Notes: a model not told the origin generated them from the letters alone. A DNA stretch of 64,000 nucleotides from Bacilli bacterium (GCA_030602345.1 JAUVZX010000001.1:1668-65667), one strand, 5' to 3'. Counted from the stretch's first letter, positions 50,101 through 59,138 are shown. Made by a program: numbers and translations.

Positions 50101-50281
50101 TTTTTCTTCTAATTAACCTTCTTCCAGAACGAAAGCCTCTTCTTTCTTCATTGTTTTTTGCGGTTCCCTCTTCAAAAAGTCTAACTCCACAGTCTACTAC
50201 TTCAGATGTTTCAAGATCGATCAATCCCCATCCAACAGATGCAATTCCAACGTCCAAACCAAGCACTAATTTTTTCTGCAT
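47105..50281 (-). CDS. cas9: CRISPR-associated endonuclease Cas9, compact type II-A ortholog (1058 aa, SaCas9-like)
   Basis: RuvC-I LGLDVGIASVGWGL, arginine-rich bridge helix, HNH (DIDHIIPLSISLDDSFKNK), RuvC-III HHAIDALLIA. The N-terminus aligns closely with Staphylococcus aureus Cas9. Promoter TATAAT and RBS GGAGG lie in the 50282-50323 interval. Confidence 0.95.
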   Translation of the reverse strand: MQKKLVLGLDVGIASVGWGLIDLETSEVVDCGVRLFEEGTAKNNEERRGFRSGRRLIRRKRTRIEAMKDLLKRNGYIDEEFQYSKNIYELRTRGLKHKLNNNEFANCILHITKKRGLVDSDIIPENEQEIKDSETSKKSLSENQKYLSQNNYFVCELQLKRLNDGKLKGNQNIFTTDDYIKEIKQLCLTNEISNELTEEIIEIVKRKRKYYEGPGGPNSPTPYGRYAYIGAEPIDLIEKMRGKCSIYLEEKRAPQKSYSAQLFNFLNDLNNLKFDGDQQLSQNQKEEIIYNFIDKKAKITPKELAKFLDLPLEEISGFRLNKKSEPILTEFDGYKVFIDLVKKEGFSEKILNDKKIIDEISEILTMKKGQNERIEAIKKIKNIDIKIFDQNVIERISTLNGFSTYHSLSFRAIYEMLPDLLETNNNQMQIISLNGYKQLNKDVIGKTIPSNIEDVLSPVVRRSQNETIKIINAVRKKYGELDSIVIEMPRDKNSLEQKNRINKLQKNNEEINLQVLDEISKKYKGKINIEIKQKVRLYLEQDGVCIYSGKSINLNDLIENPYIYEIDHIIPLSISLDDSFKNKCLVYREENQEKGQKSPYQYLSKIGKYDQFKNRVINLNKNGKIDYRKMKNYLNESDINKFSVRKDFINRNLVDTRYASRNILNLLSEYYNQNNIDTKVYTIKGIVTNYFRKQSNLPKVREEDNSHHAIDALLIAGIKKLNFFDDLIKISRVDKLLVNDETGEIIKPEDIKIKNDSQYLNFINNLDKLNVKFSQKVDKKFNKGLSDQTIYSVRIKPEDQKEYIISKKNIYDDNAVANWFKEDNLDKLKNLFMFKYDVESFNLLKKITQEYSYAENPFLEYKLKHGDFIRKKSKKGNGPKIETVKYYESKLGNHLDISHKYNTENKVVLLSLNPYRIDIYRNETNENIIIQIYQHEIKNKDGKYYIDENDYKDMLQKRGINNNCKFLFSVYKNEPLFVGKVEESTYKGVVLYSGVQNLESNIISYKIPNEKKVYKNGKVQPQPYINIKKNINIQKMAFDVLGNMYKLPFENEPKLLLN

Positions 50282-50323
50282 AAAACCTCCATTTTTTATT
50301 AATTATACACGAAAAATAACATT

Positions 50324-50346
50324 AAAAAAAGAGAATATTAATTCTC
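50324..50346 (-). terminator. Rho-independent terminator of tig, overlapping its stop codon, separating tig from cas9
   Basis: GAGAAT-ATTA-ATTCTC hairpin followed by a run of 7 T on the minus strand. Confidence 0.5.
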
Positions 50347-51576
50347 TTTTATTATTTCTAATGCACGTCTTAATTGCATATCATATTTTAAAGTGTCTAA
50401 TCCTCCGAATAATTCTAAGAATTTAGCTTCTTCCATGTTATATTTTTCTGCCATAGTTTTAGCTTCTTTTTGAACTTCTTCTTCAGTTACTTCTATTTTT
50501 TCTGCTTTTACAATTTCATCTAATAACAAACGATATCTAACGCGGTTTGTTGCTTCAGGTTTCATTTGTGTTTCTAATTGTTCTTCAGTTGTATTTGTAA
50601 ATTGATAGTATTGTTCTAAAGTAACACCTTGTAGTTTTAAATTATCTTCATATTGGTGCATCATTCTATGAATTTCTGATGAAATCATAGCATCTGGAAT
50701 AATTACTTCCATATTATCTGCTGCTTTTGCTAATAATTGTTCTACATATTGGTTTTCTACTTCTACTTCTTTTCTAGCTTTGATATTTTCTTTTAATGCT
50801 GCCACTAAAGAGTCAACATCATTAACACCTTCCATAGCTAAGTCTTCAAAAAATTGTTCATCTAATTCTGGATGAAGTTGTGCTGTAACTTCATGTACTT
50901 TAATCTTAAATACTACTTTTTGTCCTTTTAATTCTTCACTTGGATATTCTTCAGGGAATGTTACTTCGATATCTTTCTCATCACCTTTTTTAAGTCCAAC
51001 TAATTGTTCTTCAAAACCTGGAATAAAACTTTGACTTCCTAATTGTAAGTCATATTTTTCAGCTTTTCCGCCTTCAAACGCTACTCCATCTTTAAATCCT
51101 TCAAAATCAATTGTCACTACATCATGGAACTCTGCTGGGCCTTCTTTAACAACACTTTCTTCAAAACGATGTTGTAACATGTGTATTTCATCATGAACTT
51201 CTTCATCAGTTACTTCTACACTTGGTTTAGCAATTCCTAATTTTTTATATTTTCCTAATTTAACTTCAGGTGCAGTTATCAATTCAATTGTAAATTCGAA
51301 TGATTCTAATGTTAAGTTTCCTAATTTAACTTGTGGTTCTGCTACAATATTAATATCTTTGTTTTCTTGTAATGTTTTAACATATACTTCATTCATAGCA
51401 ATATCTGCAGCATCCATTAATAAAGATTCTTTTCCATATTTTTTCATGAATACATCTTTTGGGGCATGTCCTGGTCTAAAACCATCAATTGTTACTTTTT
51501 TATTTGCTCTTTCAAAAGCTTTATCAATAGCAGTTTCCCACTCTTGACCTTCTATTTTAAATTTAAATTCTCTCAT
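50338..51576 (-). CDS. tig: Trigger factor
   Basis: 412 aa, N-terminal ribosome-binding domain, FKBP-type PPIase middle, C-terminal arm. Confidence 0.85.
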   Translation of the reverse strand: MREFKFKIEGQEWETAIDKAFERANKKVTIDGFRPGHAPKDVFMKKYGKESLLMDAADIAMNEVYVKTLQENKDINIVAEPQVKLGNLTLESFEFTIELITAPEVKLGKYKKLGIAKPSVEVTDEEVHDEIHMLQHRFEESVVKEGPAEFHDVVTIDFEGFKDGVAFEGGKAEKYDLQLGSQSFIPGFEEQLVGLKKGDEKDIEVTFPEEYPSEELKGQKVVFKIKVHEVTAQLHPELDEQFFEDLAMEGVNDVDSLVAALKENIKARKEVEVENQYVEQLLAKAADNMEVIIPDAMISSEIHRMMHQYEDNLKLQGVTLEQYYQFTNTTEEQLETQMKPEATNRVRYRLLLDEIVKAEKIEVTEEEVQKEAKTMAEKYNMEEAKFLELFGGLDTLKYDMQLRRALEIIKEN

Positions 51577-51647
51577 TTATATTCTCCTTTTCCTAAATAA
51601 TTATAACTTAATTAATCTTTTTTTACAAGTAAAAAAGATATTAAGAA

Positions 51648-52112
51648 TTACTTAATATCTAATACTTTTATTTTGTATCCAGCATCTTCTACTGTAACAA
51701 TATCTCCAACTTTTTTATCCAAAATTGCCTTAGCAACTGGTGAGTCGACTGATATTTTGTTTGTGAAAGGATCTGCTTCAATGCTTCCAACAATGGTATA
51801 TGTTTCTTTTTCTTTTTCATCAACATATTCAATTGTTACTACTGAACCCAAACTTACTTTATCAGTTGATGTTTTTTCAACTATTTCAGCATTTTCAAGC
51901 ATGTTTTCAAGCATAATAATTCTTTCTTCCAATACTGCTTGTTCTGTTCTAGCAGCATCATATTCAGCATTTTCTGATAGATCTCCTTGAGCTTTAGCTT
52001 CTTTTAAAGCAGAGATTACTCTTGGTCTTTCTTCTAATTTTAAAAACTCTAATTCTTTAATAATTTTATCGAATCCTTCTTGAGTTACATATACTTTTTT
52101 ATTATTTGTCAT
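51648..52112 (-). CDS. greA: Transcription elongation factor GreA
   Basis: 154 aa, N-terminal coiled-coil with acidic tip, C-terminal FKBP-like domain. Confidence 0.85.
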   Translation of the reverse strand: MTNNKKVYVTQEGFDKIIKELEFLKLEERPRVISALKEAKAQGDLSENAEYDAARTEQAVLEERIIMLENMLENAEIVEKTSTDKVSLGSVVTIEYVDEKEKETYTIVGSIEADPFTNKISVDSPVAKAILDKKVGDIVTVEDAGYKIKVLDIK

Positions 52113-52146
52113 AATTCACCTCTTAATACAAATCTAGAAAATAATA

Positions 52147-53343
52147 CTATAAATAATTTTCATTGTCAACTACTCTTTTTCTCATCATCGTGTATGGATC
52201 GTATTTCTTCTCTGATTTGATATATATTATTTGTTTAGGATGTGGCGCTTCTAAAATAGGTTCTTTGTTTTCATTAAACATTTCTTCTATTTTAAAACTA
52301 ACAGTCTCATGAGCATTGAAAAATTCTACTTCATGACCTACTTTAAAATTATTTCTTTGTTCAAGCATAATCATATTATCTTTTGTTCCTAAGACTAAAC
52401 CCAAAAAATCTTGATTAGAAGGTTCAATACGATTATTGTAGTATTGAGTTTCTACCCCTTCATTATAATTATAAAAATGGGATGTTGAATCACGATTAGA
52501 TACTTTATCTAAAGCTTTTTCTAATGATTCATCTATTTTCTCATTATTTAAAATACTATCAATTAACTTTCTATATGATGAAACAACAGTTGCAACATAA
52601 TAAATAGATCTCATTCTTCCTTCTATTTTAAATGATGTTATTTTCTTTTCAATCATATCTTCTATATGATGAAATTGTGATAAATCTTTAGTACTAAAAG
52701 AAAATCTTTTTTCTTTTGTTAAATTATTTAAATTACTATCTAATAAATCAAAATCCCATCTACATATTTGACTACATCCTCCACGATTGGAGTCTCTTGC
52801 AGTAAAATAATTAGAAAGTACACACCTACCACTGTAAGCACTACACATTGCGCCATGAATGAAAACTTCTATTTCCATGCCTGTTTTTTCAATTATCTCT
52901 TTTATTTCATCTTTATTAGCTTCTCTAGCTAAAACTATTCTAGTTACTCCAATACTCTTCCAAAATAAAGCTGCTTCATAGTTAATTGTTGATTGCTGAG
53001 TTGATAAATGAACTTCTAAACCAATATCATGAGCCATCTTTACGATAGTTGGATCAGAAGCAATAATAGCGTCAACATTAATCTCTTTTAACTCTTTTAA
53101 GTATTCTTCTGCTAATTTCATTTCCTTACTATGCAAAGATATATTAGCAGTTACATATACTTTTTTATTTAAAGAATGAGCAAAAAGAATTCCTTCAATC
53201 ATTTGTTCTTTTGTAAAATTAATAGCATTAGCTCTTAAACTAAATAAGGCTCCTCCAATATATACAGCATCTGCTCCATACATTAAAGCTACTTTTAATC
53301 TCTCTAAATCTCCCGCGGGAGCCAATAATTCTGGTTTCATCAT
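52147..53343 (-). CDS. Peptidase U32 family protein (TrhP/YrrO-like, tRNA ho5U34 synthesis)
   Basis: N-terminal MMKPELLAPAGDLERLKVALMYGADAVYIGG U32 signature. Paired with a second U32 gene and an O-methyltransferase, as in B. subtilis yrrMNO. Confidence 0.7.
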   Translation of the reverse strand: MMKPELLAPAGDLERLKVALMYGADAVYIGGALFSLRANAINFTKEQMIEGILFAHSLNKKVYVTANISLHSKEMKLAEEYLKELKEINVDAIIASDPTIVKMAHDIGLEVHLSTQQSTINYEAALFWKSIGVTRIVLAREANKDEIKEIIEKTGMEIEVFIHGAMCSAYSGRCVLSNYFTARDSNRGGCSQICRWDFDLLDSNLNNLTKEKRFSFSTKDLSQFHHIEDMIEKKITSFKIEGRMRSIYYVATVVSSYRKLIDSILNNEKIDESLEKALDKVSNRDSTSHFYNYNEGVETQYYNNRIEPSNQDFLGLVLGTKDNMIMLEQRNNFKVGHEVEFFNAHETVSFKIEEMFNENKEPILEAPHPKQIIYIKSEKKYDPYTMMRKRVVDNENYL

Positions 53344-54194
53344 GATTTCACCTTATAAACTGTATCCTTATATAAAAAGGCATAATCAGCATCAAATTTC
53401 TTAATTATCTCTAAATCTATTTGATCTTTATTTTTTTCATTCATCTCTTTATATTTCTTAATTAGCCAAATTATATCTTCATCATTAATTAAATAAGTAT
53501 TGATTAAACCATAATTAGGATTAATATCTTTAATCTCTTTTATACCATTAAATATTTTAGCTGAAAAAACTAAAGTACCTTTTTCATCATCTATCGTTGG
53601 ATAAAGATCGGTATTGTGTGATAAAAAGTATAAATCTTCTTTTTTCTGATCATCAAAAAATTCTAGGTAGTTTTTGACTAAATGTCTTTTTGAAACAAAC
53701 ATTGGTAAATAACCAAACATCATAACCATTGTCTCAGATAATCCTTCTTCTACCATTTCTTTTATCTCTTCTTTAGTTAGCTCTGGTGAAACTAATTGCA
53801 TTTTAGCATCATGTTCATACCAAAAATTACTTGTCAAATAATTATTACTCATATGCTCTTGTCCAAATATTAATTCAGTTTTTAATCCTAAGCGCTTCTT
53901 TAAATTAACTAAAGCAACATCATAAAATAATATTCCTGAAATATCCAAATTATCTAATTTAATTAAATATTCTTCTACTAATTCTAAGTCTTTATTGTGC
54001 ATATTCTTATTTAAAGAAATGAATACTTTTTTATTATTTTGTTTTATATATTTAATATCTTCTATTATAGTTTCAAATTTTTCTTCATAAGGCATATTAA
54101 CACTTAAATTTTTTATTCCAATTAAATAGCCATCAACTAAGTTGATGGTATTTTTTATTTCATTACTACTTTTTGGCATTAAAATAATTTCCAT
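53340..54194 (-). CDS. Peptidase U32 family protein, second copy (YrrN-like)
   Basis: U32-like. Start trimmed to MEIILMP so that it abuts the upstream methyltransferase stop. Confidence 0.55.
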   Translation of the reverse strand: MEIILMPKSSNEIKNTINLVDGYLIGIKNLSVNMPYEEKFETIIEDIKYIKQNNKKVFISLNKNMHNKDLELVEEYLIKLDNLDISGILFYDVALVNLKKRLGLKTELIFGQEHMSNNYLTSNFWYEHDAKMQLVSPELTKEEIKEMVEEGLSETMVMMFGYLPMFVSKRHLVKNYLEFFDDQKKEDLYFLSHNTDLYPTIDDEKGTLVFSAKIFNGIKEIKDINPNYGLINTYLINDEDIIWLIKKYKEMNEKNKDQIDLEIIKKFDADYAFLYKDTVYKVKS

Positions 54195-54195
54195 A

Positions 54196-54771
54196 TTACC
54201 TCTTTTTACTAATCGCAATTCCATCTCCAATGTTATGGAAAATAGTTTCATAATCTTTATTATCAATCAAAAATTGTCTATAAAGATTAATCTTAGTTGC
54301 TATCTTATACTGATTTTTAGTCATCTCATTACTATTCATATTAGTAAGACCATGAAAGTTTATATTATCTGTAATAATATATCCATTTGATTTTAAGTTT
54401 TTTTCAAACAAAAGAAAAAAGTCAATGTATTTTCCTTTCGCCCCATCAACAAAGATTAGGTCAAACTTATCATTAGTATTAAAATTTAAAGCATCTATGT
54501 TCAATATCGTTATTCTTGAAGATAAGTCATTATCTTCAATATTAGAGACTGCCAATCGATACCTTTCAGCATCTCTTTCTATTGTCACAACATTTACATT
54601 TGTTGACACATTAGCCATTTTAATGGCCGAATAACCAATTGCTGATCCTATTTCTAAGATGCTTACAATATTATTTTTTTTAATAAAGTTGGTTAAAAAG
54701 TTAATTCCCTCTTCTTGCATAATTGGTATATTATTATCTTTAGCGTATTTTTCTATTTGTTCAATAGTCAC
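54196..54771 (-). CDS. SAM-dependent O-methyltransferase (TrmR/YrrM-like, caffeoyl-CoA OMT family)
   Basis: 191 aa with SAM-binding LEIGSAIGYSAI and DLIFVDGAK motifs. Confidence 0.7.
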   Translation of the reverse strand: MTIEQIEKYAKDNNIPIMQEEGINFLTNFIKKNNIVSILEIGSAIGYSAIKMANVSTNVNVVTIERDAERYRLAVSNIEDNDLSSRITILNIDALNFNTNDKFDLIFVDGAKGKYIDFFLLFEKNLKSNGYIITDNINFHGLTNMNSNEMTKNQYKIATKINLYRQFLIDNKDYETIFHNIGDGIAISKKR

Positions 54772-55820
54772 GATCTACCACCATAACAAGTTAAGTATCT
54801 ATTCTTTTTAATATTATGCTCGGCAAGAGTTTTAGAAAAATGAGTTTCTCCGGTTCCACCTGGACATACATCTGCTAAAAAGAAGAAATAATCCGTTTTA
54901 TCTGGTTCTAACATTGCTACTAAAGCATGTTCTCCTATATTTAAAATAGGTCCAACTGGTAATCCTGGATATAGATATGTGTTATATGGTGAATCAATTT
55001 TTGAATTCATTTCACACTCTGTCCAATGAGCAACATCTTTTAAAGCATAACAAACTGTTACACTTGATTCTAATTTCTTATTATTATTTAAACGATTATG
55101 AAATACACTTGATATTGTTTTCATATCATCAAACTTACCTGATTCAAATTGAATAATCGATGCTAAAGTCAATATTTGATGATTATTATATTTACTTGCA
55201 GTAATTTGTCCTTCATATTTATTAAATATTACTTGCATTTGATCTAAAAAACGATATGCGATTGTCTCTGGCGATACATCTTTATTTAATAGTTCGTATG
55301 TAGATGCAAAGAAATAGCCTTCTAAAGGGTGTCTTAACTTATTATTAAGTACTGAATTATCAATAAAATCATATTTATTTATTGCTTTGTTAACGAATTC
55401 TTTAGAATCCCAAACTTTTAATAGATCTTCTGCAGTATGGTTTGTAGCGTTAGCAACGATAGTCGCTATACCTAATAAATTAGTTCCCTCAGGCACGGTG
55501 ATTCGAACTGCATCTGGATTATAGTTACTTCCTTTTTCTAATTCGCTGATTATTTCACTTACAGTGTAACTGGAAGATAAGAAATATCTGCCAGCTTGTA
55601 ATTGACTTGGTTTGTTTAATCTTACATATATTTTATAGAAAAATTCTGATCTAATTAAACCTGCTTCTTTTAGATTAGATGATATAGAAGAGAATGACTG
55701 ACCTTTTACAACGTCAAAAGCAACAGTTTCTTCATTATTAGAAACTGCTGATATTTGATGAAAATAGACTATAAAGGGTAGCAATAATAATGCTACTATA
55801 ATTAATAATATTTTTTTCAT
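54768..55820 (-). CDS. mltG: Endolytic murein transglycosylase MltG (YceG-like)
   Basis: 350 aa. N-terminal TM helix, then a YceG-like domain. Position relative to ruvX matches the Bacillus yrrL-yrrK order. Confidence 0.75.
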   Translation of the reverse strand: MKKILLIIVALLLLPFIVYFHQISAVSNNEETVAFDVVKGQSFSSISSNLKEAGLIRSEFFYKIYVRLNKPSQLQAGRYFLSSSYTVSEIISELEKGSNYNPDAVRITVPEGTNLLGIATIVANATNHTAEDLLKVWDSKEFVNKAINKYDFIDNSVLNNKLRHPLEGYFFASTYELLNKDVSPETIAYRFLDQMQVIFNKYEGQITASKYNNHQILTLASIIQFESGKFDDMKTISSVFHNRLNNNKKLESSVTVCYALKDVAHWTECEMNSKIDSPYNTYLYPGLPVGPILNIGEHALVAMLEPDKTDYFFFLADVCPGGTGETHFSKTLAEHNIKKNRYLTCYGGRS

Positions 55821-55835
55821 AAGTAAAAAACGAGC

Positions 55836-56123
55836 TTACTGCCCGCTTTCAGATTCTTTCTTTTCAAATTCAGCTTGAACTTCTTCTAAGATAGTTTCTA
55901 CTATTTTCCACTCACGTTCAGTTTCAATTGGTTTTAAATTAATTGTTTCTTCGTTTGGATCAGTAATAGCTGCATATACTTTAATATTTCCTTCTTCATC
56001 ATAAGTATTATCTGTATATACTACATAACTTTTTTTAGTTTCATCTGATTCAAATGAGAATAATAATTCACATTCTATTTCTTGTCCATCTTCTCCAATA
56101 ACTTTAAATTTCATTTCTTCCAT
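55836..56123 (-). CDS. DUF1292/UPF0473 family protein (YrzB-like)
   Basis: 95 aa acidic protein. Conserved neighbour of ruvX in Firmicutes. Confidence 0.55.
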   Translation of the reverse strand: MEEMKFKVIGEDGQEIECELLFSFESDETKKSYVVYTDNTYDEEGNIKVYAAITDPNEETINLKPIETEREWKIVETILEEVQAEFEKKESESGQ

Positions 56124-56124
56124 A

Positions 56125-56544
56125 TTATATTCCTCTTTTCTTTCTATCTAAATATGACTGTAAAATAATATTAGCGGCTAAACTATCTACTTTTTCTTTT
56201 CTTTTTTTTCTAGACATATCTGCCATCAACATATATGAGTTAGCCTGTTTAGTACTTAATCTTTCATCTTGATATATAACTTTAATATTAAGATTATCTT
56301 CAATTAATTTACCGAACTCTAAACTTCTTTCTGCTGCTGGTCCTAAAGTATTATTCATGTTTTTAGGAAGTCCTAAAACCACTTCTAAAACCTTATGCTC
56401 TTCCAATATCGATTTTAATTCATTTAACAAAACATTTAGATCACTATAATTAATAGTTTTATATGTTGTTGCTACTGTTTCGGTAAAATCTGACATTGAA
56501 ATGCCAAGTGTTTTAGTTCCTAAATCTAATCCAATTATTCTCAT
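56125..56544 (-). CDS. ruvX: Putative pre-16S rRNA nuclease / Holliday junction resolvase-like YqgF
   Basis: MRIIGLDLGTKTLGISMSD N-terminus is typical of RuvX/YqgF. Confidence 0.85.
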   Translation of the reverse strand: MRIIGLDLGTKTLGISMSDFTETVATTYKTINYSDLNVLLNELKSILEEHKVLEVVLGLPKNMNNTLGPAAERSLEFGKLIEDNLNIKVIYQDERLSTKQANSYMLMADMSRKKRKEKVDSLAANIILQSYLDRKKRGI

Positions 56545-56783
56545 TTATTTAGGTACTCTTTTAAGACAACTTCTAATATCTTAGCGCGATCAAAACGAGT
56601 TATCTTAGATCTTGCATCTAAATGAGATGAAATATACCCAGGATCTCCCGTCATTAAGTATCCAACTAATTGATTAATTGGATTATAACCTTTCGCCTCT
56701 AATGAAGATATTATATCTTTAAGTGTATCTTCAATTAATGCTTCATGAATTTCACTTTTGTCGTATGTCATTGTATGGTCCAT
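56541..56783 (-). CDS. ireB: IreB-family regulatory phosphoprotein (UPF0297)
   Basis: MDHTMTYDKSE...GYNPINQLVGYLMTGDPGYISS. Start trimmed to MDHTM. Confidence 0.7.
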   Translation of the reverse strand: MDHTMTYDKSEIHEALIEDTLKDIISSLEAKGYNPINQLVGYLMTGDPGYISSHLDARSKITRFDRAKILEVVLKEYLNK

Positions 56784-56838
56784 TTTTCCACCACCTATAT
56801 TACAACAATATTTTATCATAATTAAATAATAAAGTAAA

Positions 56839-58593
56839 TTATGATAAAACTGCTTTTATTCTTCTTATTCCTGCACTTGACGCTTCTTCTTTAATTATTT
56901 TAAACGTTCCTAGTTCTTTAGTGTTATTTACATGAGGTCCACCACAAAATTCTTTTGAAATATCTCCTATAAAATATACACTTACTACATCACCATATTT
57001 TTCAATAAATGCTGCTTCAGCTCCTATTTTCAAGGCTTTTTCTTTCGGCATTTCTTTAAAAATAACTGGTAATTCTTGTTTTATATAATCATTTACCAAT
57101 TGTTCTGTCTTAGCAATTTCTTCATCTGTCATCTTAGTATCATTAGGAAAATCAAATCTTAATCTCTCATCAGTTATATTACTTCCTTTTTGACAAACAT
57201 GCGCTCCTAAAACTTCCTTTAAAGCGGCATTAAGTAAATGGGTTGCCGTATGATATTTAACGTTCATATCGCTTGTCGATGATAATCCACCTTTAAATTT
57301 ATGTTCTGCACCCATTCTTGATTTTTCTTGGTGTTCCCTAAACTTTAACTTAAATCCTTCTGTATCAACTTCTAAATTGTATTCATTCGCTAATTCTTCC
57401 GTTAATTCAATTGGAAAACCATAAGTATCATATAGCTTAAATGCATTTGTTGCATCAACTGTCTTTTCAACTGTTTTAATTATTTTTTCAAATTCTTTTA
57501 AACCTTTATCTAAAGTCTTACTAAATTTAGTTTGTTCTTGCTTAATAACTTCTTTAATTATTTCCTTGTTTTTAGATAATTCTTCATAATATCCTTGATA
57601 CATTTCAATAATCATGTCTGCTAAAATTAAAGCGAAATCACTTGTTATATCAATATTTAATTTTTTAGCATATCTTAACATTCTTCTAATTAATCTTCTT
57701 AAAATATATCCTTGATCAGTATTAGAAGGTCTAATATTAGCATTATCTCCCGCGATTATTACAATTGCTCTAATATGATCTGCAATAATTCTCATTGCTT
57801 TTTTATTATCACCTTCATAAGGTAATTTAGTCATTTCTTCAATTTTATTAATAATTGGCAACCATATTGAAGTTTGATAATTGTCTTTAACCCCTTCTAA
57901 AACAGAAGTTATTCTTTCTACTCCCATTCCTGTATCAACATTTTGTGATACTAAAGGCGTAAAGTTCCCATTTTCATCTTTATTATATTGCATGAAAACA
58001 TTATTCCATATTTCGACCCATCTTTTATCTTCTGGATCAAAAGATACTGGAGTTTCATCATTACTTCTAAAATAAAATATTTCAGTGTCTGGTCCACATG
58101 GTCCTGTTTCTCCCGCAGGTCCCCACCAGTTGTCTTCTTCTCCTAAATAAGCAATTCTTTCTTGTTTAATGCCCAATTCTTTCCAAATTGAAGCGCTTTC
58201 CTCATCTTTTTTAACAAATTCATTGCCACGAAAGACAGTAACTGCTAATTTATCCACGGGTATATTTAAAGTTTTAGTTAAAAACTCAAAACTCCACTCA
58301 ATCGATTCTTTTTTAAAATAGTCTCCTAAAGACCAATTTCCTAACATTTCAAAGAAAGTATGATGTGTCTCATCACCAATTGATTCTAAATCAGTAAGTC
58401 TAAAACATTTTTGATAATTAACTAATCTTTTTCCTAATGGATGAGGTTGTCCCATTAAATAAGGAACTAAAGGTTGCATTCCTGCTGTATTAAAAAGACT
58501 AGTCGGATCATTTTCTGGTATGATCGAGGCACTATTCAACTTTTTGTGTTCTTTACTAATAAAAAAATCAATATATTTATTTTTTACTTCCAT
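56839..58593 (-). CDS. alaS: Alanine--tRNA ligase, compact form lacking the C-terminal C-Ala/DHHA1 domain
   Basis: N-terminus matches AlaRS (NDPTSLFNTAGMQP, HHTFFEMLGNWSLGDYF). Editing-domain HTATHLL...C. The protein ends at IRRIKAVLS, with ireB immediately downstream. 584 aa versus about 870 typical. Confidence 0.75.
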   Translation of the reverse strand: MEVKNKYIDFFISKEHKKLNSASIIPENDPTSLFNTAGMQPLVPYLMGQPHPLGKRLVNYQKCFRLTDLESIGDETHHTFFEMLGNWSLGDYFKKESIEWSFEFLTKTLNIPVDKLAVTVFRGNEFVKKDEESASIWKELGIKQERIAYLGEEDNWWGPAGETGPCGPDTEIFYFRSNDETPVSFDPEDKRWVEIWNNVFMQYNKDENGNFTPLVSQNVDTGMGVERITSVLEGVKDNYQTSIWLPIINKIEEMTKLPYEGDNKKAMRIIADHIRAIVIIAGDNANIRPSNTDQGYILRRLIRRMLRYAKKLNIDITSDFALILADMIIEMYQGYYEELSKNKEIIKEVIKQEQTKFSKTLDKGLKEFEKIIKTVEKTVDATNAFKLYDTYGFPIELTEELANEYNLEVDTEGFKLKFREHQEKSRMGAEHKFKGGLSSTSDMNVKYHTATHLLNAALKEVLGAHVCQKGSNITDERLRFDFPNDTKMTDEEIAKTEQLVNDYIKQELPVIFKEMPKEKALKIGAEAAFIEKYGDVVSVYFIGDISKEFCGGPHVNNTKELGTFKIIKEEASSAGIRRIKAVLS

Positions 58594-58595
58594 GG

Positions 58596-59138
58596 TTACT
58601 CCTTAATTATTTTTGTTATTTGTTTTTCTAATTCTTCAATAGAACCATCATTATAAATAGTATAATCGTAAAGATTAAATCCATCTAATGCTATTTCACT
58701 TAGATGAGTTTTTTCTTTTTCCGATAAGTCTGTTTCTAAACTTGATCTAATTACTTTGATAACTGATACATTTTTAAAATTATTTTTTATTTCCATTATT
58801 TCATCTTCATATCTAGCATCAGATATAATTATTACATCAAAGAAATAACTATATACTTTAATATCTTCAATCATTCTTCTAGTATGAAAACTATTATCTA
58901 TTTGAGCTCTTATAATATCTGTTCCTACCATTTGCATTAATTCACGAGGTTTAGTTTGTTCATCGCCATCCCAATTAGTAATATTTTTAATATATTCTTT
59001 GATGGTTTTTGCATAAGCCAAACTAATCACTTTTTTATTATTTTGTTCATAATCAAATTTGATAATATCAGCGATTGTTGATTTACCATGTCTTGCTTTA
59101 CCTGCGATTATATAAATCATTGGCTCTTTGTACTTCAT
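58596..59138 (-). CDS. P-loop NTPase, small kinase-like protein (possible dNMP kinase-like)
   Basis: Walker A GKARHGKST near the N-terminus. 180 aa. Confidence 0.35.
   Translation of the reverse strand: MKYKEPMIYIIAGKARHGKSTIADIIKFDYEQNNKKVISLAYAKTIKEYIKNITNWDGDEQTKPRELMQMVGTDIIRAQIDNSFHTRRMIEDIKVYSYFFDVIIISDARYEDEIMEIKNNFKNVSVIKVIRSSLETDLSEKEKTHLSEIALDGFNLYDYTIYNDGSIEELEKQITKIIKE

Noticed and set aside
49221-50426. 64-aa and 91-aa plus-strand ORFs
   Set aside because: Antisense to cas9, or spanning the cas9/tig junction, without translation signals.
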